Program-made: the position numbers and the translations under genes
In this document: one piece after another, positions 54,001 to 63,000 of the stretch
Layout: each line of letters begins with the position of its first letter
Position numbering within the stretch: the first letter of the stretch is position 1
Assembly (NCBI GenBank): GCA_964499685.1
Contig: CAZCLW010000001.1
Coordinates: 28,278 to 92,277, forward strand
Reading direction: 5' to 3'
DNA from: an uncultured Planctomycetales bacterium
GTDB taxonomy: Bacteria; Omnitrophota; Gorgyraeia; Zapsychrales; GWA2-47-8
DNA: 64,000 bases
The notes under the pieces: model-generated
What the model saw: the letters and a program-made list of their open reading frames with translations, nothing else
Database searches by the model: none
What the model was told of the DNA's origin: nothing

Positions 54001-57000
54001 TTACATTGCGACCGCCAACCTCACCACCCAGGAAGTCAACGTTCATCCGCAGTACTTCACGTTGGAACCTGTTAAACAATTCGAAATTCTTTACCACGAG
54101 ATCGTCAGCCATATCGTCAATAAAGAGGCCGATGAAACGGCAGCCATGGCCGATACGAAGCGCCTTATGGTTCTTTATGAGATCTTCGACGGTAAGATCG
54201 TGGCTTTAAGCCAGTACATCGAAAGGGCCATTAAGGCCAAGAATTCTTCACTCTCAGCTGTTGTCCGGGGCGCCTTCCATGAAGCCGATAAATTGCAGAC
54301 CCGCGAAACGGCCAAAGCCCATACCGCCAAAGAACAAAAAGACCAGGTGCTTTCCTTCGGCGGCGGCAGCGGCATGCTGGTCATCCTGAAGGCCTTAAAA
54401 CAATTGACCGATCATGACTTAAATATCTTCGCGGTCCAAAGCTCGATCGACGACGGCGGCTCCACCTACAAGCTGGTCACTTCCCTGATGGAGGCCGGTT
54501 TCGGAAAGATCGTTTCCATCGGCGACCTGGTCAACGCTCTGTTCAAAGGGTTTGGTTCGACCGACAAACTCTATAAGCTTCTGGATGATCAAGGCCGTGT
54601 CAGCTTGACCACCAAGGCTGATTTAAAGAAAGATATGCCGGCTTTGGATAAAGAAGGCCGTGTATTCAAGGAAGGCAAGATCATCTTCTTTGATGAAGAC
54701 GGCGGCGTTGTTTACGTGGATTCCCTTAAGGAATTGGTCATCCGCCTCTTAAAGCGTAATGTGGAATATACAGTCGGGAACGGTGCGGGCATCGGTTATC
54801 TGGAACGGGAAAAGACCTCCACCTTAAGCCATGATTTTGTCTATTTTGCCGCCAGCCTCCTGAACCTGATCGATATTGTCGAACCGTATTTCACCCGCAA
54901 TATCATCCCGCTCAAAGGGGCCAGCATCCGCAATCTTCTGTTCGTGGCCGTCTTAGAATACCTCGGCTTGATCAACATCGACGCGCCGAAATATACGCCC
55001 GGCTCCCAGGCTTCCACTTTAAGCGACGAGAATATGAAGGAGATGGAAGCCGGCCTGGGCCTACTGGGCTCCATGGCCGGTATCTCCAAAGGACATGTTT
55101 TATTGTCACATAACCACCCGGCCACGGTTTATGCCGTGTATGAGGGCTATGTCATCCTGATCGAAGAACCGGAAAGCGACACTGAAGACAATAAACATTT
55201 TATCGTGGTCAATCTCAATAAAGAAATGCGCGAGGCGGTGGTTAAGGTCTACCGTGTCGCCCAGGAAAACGGACATGCAAAATTGATCAGCACTTCCCAT
55301 CCGGTGAATTATGCCGCCGCCAACAAAGTGGTCACCATCAGGATCGCGAACGGAAGGATATTGATCCGGATGATGGTCGATCATTTTGGGACCTTTAAGT
55401 TCGATGCGGTCCGCAGGGCCGACAAGACAGATGCGTTTGATTATATTGAGATCCATGAAGAAGCGGATCATATGGAAGAAAACTTCGTGGTCTATCAGGG
55501 CGGCGAACACCGCCTGTCCCAGGACGGCACGGGTATGGTCCGCTTCACTGCCGAGCAAGCCGGCGCTTACGAATACCGTCCGCTCAACGCGAACGGATTG
55601 AATATCTATGTCCGCAACCGTCTGGTCGCCATGCAGACCAATATCACCGAAACGGCCAATTATTCCAAGATCGTTGATTTCGGTATCGCCCAGGAAGCCG
55701 GCGAAGAACTGGTCAAAGAGGCCAAGGGCGTTTCCAAGCGCACGGTTTATGCGCCGAGCCCGAACAAACGCCTGAAGGCCAATGACGCCGTCATCGAAAG
55801 AATATTATCGCCCAAGACCAAAGCGATCACCTTCGGTCCCGGCTCACCGTTTACCAGTACACTGATCCATCTTTTGGTCAGCGATGTCCCCGAAGCCCTG
55901 GCCAAACGCAAGGCCAAAGGCGATATCCGCATTGTCTTTTTGGCCAATCCGACCGTGGACAATGAAAGCGCCGGTTACAGCCTGGAAGGCATGATGGACT
56001 TTATCGAGCAGAAGACCGGTTACCGCTTTGACGATCTCTTCACCGACGTCAATCTGACCGAGTTCGATACGACCAAATTAGAGAACTATCAGCAGATCAG
56101 TGAGGCCAACCGGCCGATGGATGCCTCCTGGTACGTCGATGAGGTTCTGAATAATTTTGAGATCCTGAATCAACTTGGCCTGGTTTATCTCCGCCTGCTT
56201 TATCGCGAAGAAAAAGAGATGGAAGAAGAGGTACGGCGCCAATACATGATCAAGGATGTCGCCGCGCTCCTGAAAGCCCTGTATCAAATCCCCACAGCTG
56301 AGATCAGGACCGATCCGGGCCAGAGCTCCAAAGAGGCCAAGAAATCCCGCGGCCCGCTGGTTGTGGACGCGTTCGAGCTTTCTCGCATCAAGCAAAAATA
56401 TACCGAGCTGCGCATTCACCGCGGGTATTTCGTTGTGGGTATGGAATACAGAGCGCCGCGCGAACCCGGCCGCGGGTTGACCGCCGGCATCGGCTTCCTT
56501 CCGGATTATACACAGTACGCGTTGGGCGACATTTTAGGTATCCGCTATTTCGACCGCGAGATCGCCGAGGCCTACATGAAAGTTTCTTCCGGCCTTAATG
56601 CAGGCGATATTGATACCTTCGAATTTATTTTCCTCCGCCCGGCCTTGAAGACCCGTATTATCGAGCAGCTCAGTCCCGAAGCCAGGGTCTATTTCGGTCA
56701 ATTATCTTTGAACCAGTTCAAGCGCCGCGTTCGGGAAGTCCTGGTAAGAGATAACCTGCGCAAAGACCGCCGCGGAGGTTTGGGTATTGCCCTGACGGCC
56801 CAATTGAGATATGCGGACCATGAAGAGCAGGGAGAATTGAATGACCTTTTGACCCGGCTGACCGGGCGCATACGCTTGATCAGCGATAACCGCGCGGTAT
56901 TGGAATACGGGGAAGCTCCTGCGGACTTTTTGCGCGTGACCATTTCCTCCATTGTGCGCACGATCTTCTTCGATCCTAAACAGCCAGCCACATTCAATGC

Positions 57001-60000
57001 CGCCAAGACCGAGCTGGCGGGTAAAACCACGCATTTACAGGAATTGAGCCAAAGCATGGTCGTCAACGGAAAAGTTGTCCGCGGTCTGGAGAAGGGCCTT
57101 GTCCGCATCGCTGAGCAAAGCGCGCCATTTACCGTAAGGATCAAAGGTGTCGGTTATAACCGCCTGCATGGTGATATCTATCTGGAACTGGAAGCGACCA
57201 GCGAAATCGTTGAAGAAGACGGGCAAAAAATCCCGGCCTTGCAGAGCCGGCAGAAGGGATTGCAGCAGCTGCCTATCGAAATAAATCCTGTCCATGCCAG
57301 CATTCCTCTTCACGTTTCTCTCGGGAAAGTGACCGAACCTATGGATGAACAGCAATCGCGCGATATCGAACAATTAAGCCAGTTAGTGACCGAAGCGCAA
57401 TTGCCTGAGTTCCATGTCGGCCGGATAGCGGTCATTTTCTACGGTCACCGTCTGCACCGGAGCATTATCCATCAGCATGATCTGCTTTTAGGTCAGGAAA
57501 ACGGTGCTTTCGCCCTGGAAGATTTTATCGCCAAGGCGGATAAAGCTTATCGTCTTGAACCGGAAGAAAAAGACGCAGAGGCCCCGGCCGTCCGCGAAGG
57601 ATTATTGGAGGGCAATGAAAAGATCGAGAAATTGATCAACTCCATTGTGTACCGTTGGCAGGAGATCGTTGAACGCGGGGCGTTCGTCTTCGACGTGGAC
57701 GGCACCTTATTGCCCAAGGGTAAAACACTGCGTGCCTTTACACAATTGGCCAATCTGCTCGTTGAATTGCTGCGGGCCAATGTCAGGATCGCCATTATCT
57801 CCGGCAACGCGGAGGCGGCCCAAAGGGAAAATATCGTCCAGCCATTAATGGAAAAATTAGGCCCGAACAAACATCTCTTGCAAGGTTTGACCATGTACGT
57901 CAACGGCGGGGCCACCAAGATCGGCTTCAACGAAGAAGGAGAAGAGTTCTACAACCTTGAGTACAACCGCCGCCATGTGATGGAATCGGCCGATCTGGCT
58001 TACTTTATCACGGTTTTAAGGGAGATGGCGCTGCGCGGGTTCAATTTAAACGACCAAGAACAGACGGAAGTGTTTGAGGCCTGGAAGTCGTTCGCTTCAA
58101 CGGATGAGTACCGTAATATCCAGTTCGATTTCAGCTGGATGACCGGCAATGCGGATTGGACGCCGAGCATTATTTCCGCCGAAGACCTGTTGAAGATGAA
58201 ACGCGAAGGCGGTTCCATAACCTGGCCGTGGGTGGAGCTCAGAGGTCAATTCGAAGAAGGGAAAATGGCCAGCTTTACGATCCGGCCTCTTTTAAGGACG
58301 CCGCATGATGTCCGGCCGGCTGTCATTGCCGCCGTCACCGACAAATTAAAGGAAAAAGCCTCTCAATACGGCATCCGTCTGGCAGGGTTATCTTCCATCG
58401 ACGTCACGCAATTAAGGGCCAATAAGGTCCAAGCCTTGACCGACTTTATTTCTGCTCAAAACCTGGATGGCGCTAGGACATTCTATTTTGGCGATGAATT
58501 CTTCCATCAAGTGATCGAAGGCTTCGAGAATGTTATCGATGAAGGTAACGATGAGCCCATCGCCCGGGATAAAGCGCTACGCAAGAAAGGCGTGGTCACC
58601 TTAAGTGTGTATGCCCATGAACAAAGCGGCTCAAAGGCCAGCTTATGGATCGGCCGCGGCCCGAAAGCGGTTACGGAATTTTTGGGCAAGGTCGTTAAGC
58701 GCCTTGAAACCCTGCCGCGCGAAAACAATGTCCAAGAGAAAATTATTTTCGAACATACGTTCATCCTGGAACCGCGGCACTTTATTGATTCCTCCGAAAG
58801 GGCCATGTTAAGAAAATCGATCAAGAGCATGATCAAAATAGAATGGTCGCGCGCGCCGCATGCGGATGATGTAGCCTCGGCCGAGGCGCTTATCCAGAAT
58901 GTGATCAGATCAAGACAAGATGTGTACCGTCAGGAGTATGCCTCGATGCCCGGGGATGAATTCTTCCGTGAATCAACGCTCGGCAAAAGCTTTGATTTTG
59001 CTTTGGAAGAGATCCTCAAGAACGCCTTCGATGCCTATGTGGCCAAGAATGCCATCGGCCCGATTCTTATACAGGTTAAAGAACAAGGCCATGCTTATGT
59101 CATCGAAGTCTCAGAAGACGGTATCGGTATCGAGTTCAGTTTGACCCGGCATGATCCTGAAAACGGCTGGCAGATCATCCGGCGGACCGGCAACGGCAAA
59201 TCACTGGCGGTCCGGGAAGGCGGCGACGGAATGGGATCACTGTGGGCGGAACTGTTAATGGAAGTCTACGGCGGATCGCTCGATTATGTGCCGGCCACCC
59301 GTCCCGGATTTGTCACCACCGCCCGGATGACCTTACCGAAGGATGCCATAACGGTCACTGTCCTTCCCAATCACATCCGCAAGGAAGCGGCCGGACAAAA
59401 TCATCCGGCGGCGAAGAATGCCAAGCGGTTGAAATTCGGGACCAGCGGCCTAAGAGGGCTGGTGGCTGAACTGACTGACATGGAAGTCTACATTAACGTT
59501 AAAGGTTTCTTGTATTATCTGATCGCCGGTAACCGCATTCAATTCGGTGATACCGTGGCGCTTGGTGAGGACTTGCGTAAGAGTTCGCCTGATATCGCCC
59601 GTGCGGTCGCCAAGGCCATGCAAGACAGCCTGATGCAGGTCATGAATGCCGGACAAGTGCCTTCCCCGGCCCTGGCCCATTATGCTCTGACCCACGCTGT
59701 GGCCGGCATCATGGTGACCGGAAGCCACATCCCCGATGACCGTAACGGCATCAAGTTCATTAAACCTGACGGGGAAGTATTGAAAGAAGATGAAGCCGCC
59801 ATCTTGAAATGGGTTGAAACGATCCGCATCGAAGAATACGCCAAGACTCTTGGACAATCTTTATTTGATGAGAACGGCAAGTTCAAGGCTGTGCCGGAAA
59901 AAATCGCGGCTACGCCGGATGTCCGCCAAGCCTACATCGACCGCTATCTGAGCCTCTTGCCTCAGGATATCTTGAGCGGTAAAAAGGTCGTTGTTTATCA

Positions 60001-63000
60001 GCATTCTTCCGTGGGCCGTGACATTCTGGCCGAGGTCCTGGCCGGTTTGGGCGCTGAGGTCGTGCCCGTCGACCGCAGCGATGAATTTGTTGCCATCGAT
60101 ACAGAACATGTCACGGAAGAAGACCGTATCTATTTCGCCGATCTCGCCCGCCAGCACTCCGATGCCTTTGCCATAGTGTCCATGGACGGCGATGCAGACC
60201 GGCCGTTTGTGATCGATGAGGCCGGGACCTTCCACCGCGGGGACGTTCTGGGGATCATCGTCGCTGTTTATCTTAAGGCCAAGTTTGCCGCGCTTCCGGT
60301 CAGCTCCAATGATGCCGCTGAAGAAGAGCTCTCTAAATATGGTATTGCGCTCAAGAAGACCAGGATCGGCTCGCCTTTTGTCATCAAAGCCATGAACGAA
60401 GCTATCGCCGGCGGGAACAACCATGTGGTCAGCTGGGAAGTCAACGGCGGGTTCCTCACGGGTACGGATTTCGCGTTCGGTCAAGGTATCCTCAAAGCCC
60501 TTCCGACAAGGGATGCGGTCCTGCCTATCCTTACGGTCATGCTGGCCGCCATTGAACAAAGGCTTTCTCTGTCTCAATTGTTCGCCCGCTTGCCCGGTCG
60601 CTATACCCAGGCCGGCCTGCTGGATAACTTCCCGATGGAAACCTCCAAGCGTGTCATTGCCGCCCTTTCGCCGGTCACGGAAGTCCAAATCGAACAGATC
60701 GAGTTCAACATCAATCATATTACCGTCCAGCTGGCCGACGGCACGAGAAATATCGTCATGCCGAACGAACCGTTCAGTCATGAACTGTGGAAGATAGCGA
60801 CCTTGATCACGGAACACTTCAGCCCCAAACAAGGCTTTGGAAGGATCATCAGTATTAATTATATCGACGGCGTACGCATCACGTTTGACCATAGAGATAT
60901 TGTTCATTTCCGTCCCTCAGGCAATGCGCCGCAGTTCCGCATTTATGCGGTCAGCCAGTCGCAGGCGCGGGCCGATGAGATCGTCGCCTTAGGCCTGGCG
61001 GAACCGGACGGTATCCTGCGTAAATTCGAACAGGAATTTGCGTCAGCCTCTGCTGCGGTCGCTCCTTCGCCGGAAAAAGTGATCGTTGAGGAAAGATTGA
61101 CCTTCGCCGAAACGGATTTCGAGAATGCCATGTCCAGGACCGGCAAGCGGTATGACCTGCTCAAGAAACTCGGTTTAGCGTGGGGCCGCACGCCGGATCC
61201 GGCGCTTATCGAACAGGCCAAGCCATTGATAGACGATCTCGTTCGCCGCCGCTTACGATGGCATCAGGATGAAGGTATTTATGAGCTCTATGACGGCACG
61301 GCCATTACGGAAGAACATCTGCGTGAAGGCGTTGTTAACAATACACTGCACTTCGTTGCCGACGAAATATTAAAGAACGCCTTCGATGCCTATGTCCGGG
61401 CTAACGCGACCGGTCCGATCCTGTTCCGGATCATTGAAAAGGACGAAAAGGTCATTATCGAGATCTCCGATAACGGTATCGGCGTCGATTTCAAATATTC
61501 ACGCAAGGATCCGCGCGGCTTCTGGTCGGTCTATTCACAAGGCCGCAAAACCTCTGAGATATCGAAGGGCGAAGTGGAGGGCGGGTTAGGCATCGGTATC
61601 CATTGGAGCCAGGTCTTGGCCATGATCCATGGCGGAGGCATGGAATTCCTCGCCGATCAATATCCGGGATATAAGACAACGGTCCGGATAACCTTACCGC
61701 TCGGTGCCGTGCGCATCAATCAGAAATCGGAGCAAGATCCTAAAGGAAAGCCTCAAGGACCGGCCGATCCCGGTGCTACCACAACGCATTCCTTTGAACC
61801 GCATACAATCTTAGGTATGTTGGCCGGTTTCTTAGTGATCCGTAACGCTTATCCGGTCGTTGCTATTGCATTAGAGATCATTGCGGTTGGCATTCTTTCG
61901 GTCATCGCCTACCGCAAATGGGTTGCGCTCAAGCAAGCCTTAGCTAAACAGCAAACTCATATCATATTGGAAAATAACTTTAGGCCGTTGCGCAGCGATT
62001 CCAACCTACCGTGGCGGGTTGTTCGGGATCTTGCAAGCGCAGCGGCCTCTTTATTTAGGCTGTTGTCCAAAGGTTCTAACCTACCGTGGCGGGTTGTTAG
62101 GAATCTTAGTGAGCGATCACTGGCAACAGCCTTTAGCTTTGTTTGGCCGTCTAGGCCGCTGTCCGTCGGCACATTCCCAATCTCCCGTGGCGGGTTGAAA
62201 GGAATTCTTGCTGTGGCAGCGGCCTTACTTGTCACCGATTCGGTTTATGCGGGCAATAATACTCCGGCAGTTTTTGCGACGAACCTGTCTGTTAATGTGC
62301 TGATCGTTCTGGCCGTGTTAGCGGGTATCGGGACGGTTGTTTCCTTGATCATATTCCTGAAGGTCCGCCGGCTTACTGCCGATTCGCTGCTGAAGAGATT
62401 CCGGTTGGCGGTCAGAAAAACCGTGTGGCTCGGGCTTACGACCCTTTACTTCGGCGTCTTTACTTTCCTGGCCGTTAAGCTTCATTTCGCCGTCAATTCT
62501 CAGGATACGGTGAAGATCGCCGAAATACAGCCAATTGTTCCTGAACAAAAAGCCCCATCACTCGAGCAATATTTCCGTGAATACGCCCGGGCCGCTCAAG
62601 TTTATCTTGATCGTCCGACGTTCCGCGGCACACCGTTGACCGGCGCAATGCTCGCCGAGGGCGCCAAAAAAGCCTTCCTTAAGACAGGCATTATCGTTCC
62701 GGTCGAGTTGGCGTTGGCCCAGGCGCAGATAGAAAGCTCCATGGCGAGAGAAGGGCGCAACCCGGCCACAAATCCGTTCAATGTCGGCGAATTCGATGCC
62801 GGAACGCGTATCCGCTTTAGCGGCATTCAAGCCGGCGTCGATGTTTACTTTACTCTTATGACGGAAAATTATCTGAATGCCCGCGGCCTGGATGAATTAT
62901 TGCGTAACTTCGTCAACAAAGATGGTTACCGGTATGCCTCCAACCGGAATTACGAACGCATGCTCAGCGGACAGGTCCAGACCATCCGAAAATATATCAA

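Noticed and set aside
59861-60907. Minus-strand ORFs from the track (348 aa at 59861-60907, 303 aa at 31820-32731, 302 aa at 45122-46030 and 49259-50167, and many 60-220 aa ones)
   Set aside because: All are antisense to the phase-2 giant ORF, which carries the codon bias and all recognisable motifs. Antisense frames of a GC3-rich coding strand are expected to stay open for a few hundred codons. Their translations are low-complexity (D/G/V/R-rich) with no recognisable motifs. The duplicated 302-aa pair simply reflects the exact DNA repeat.
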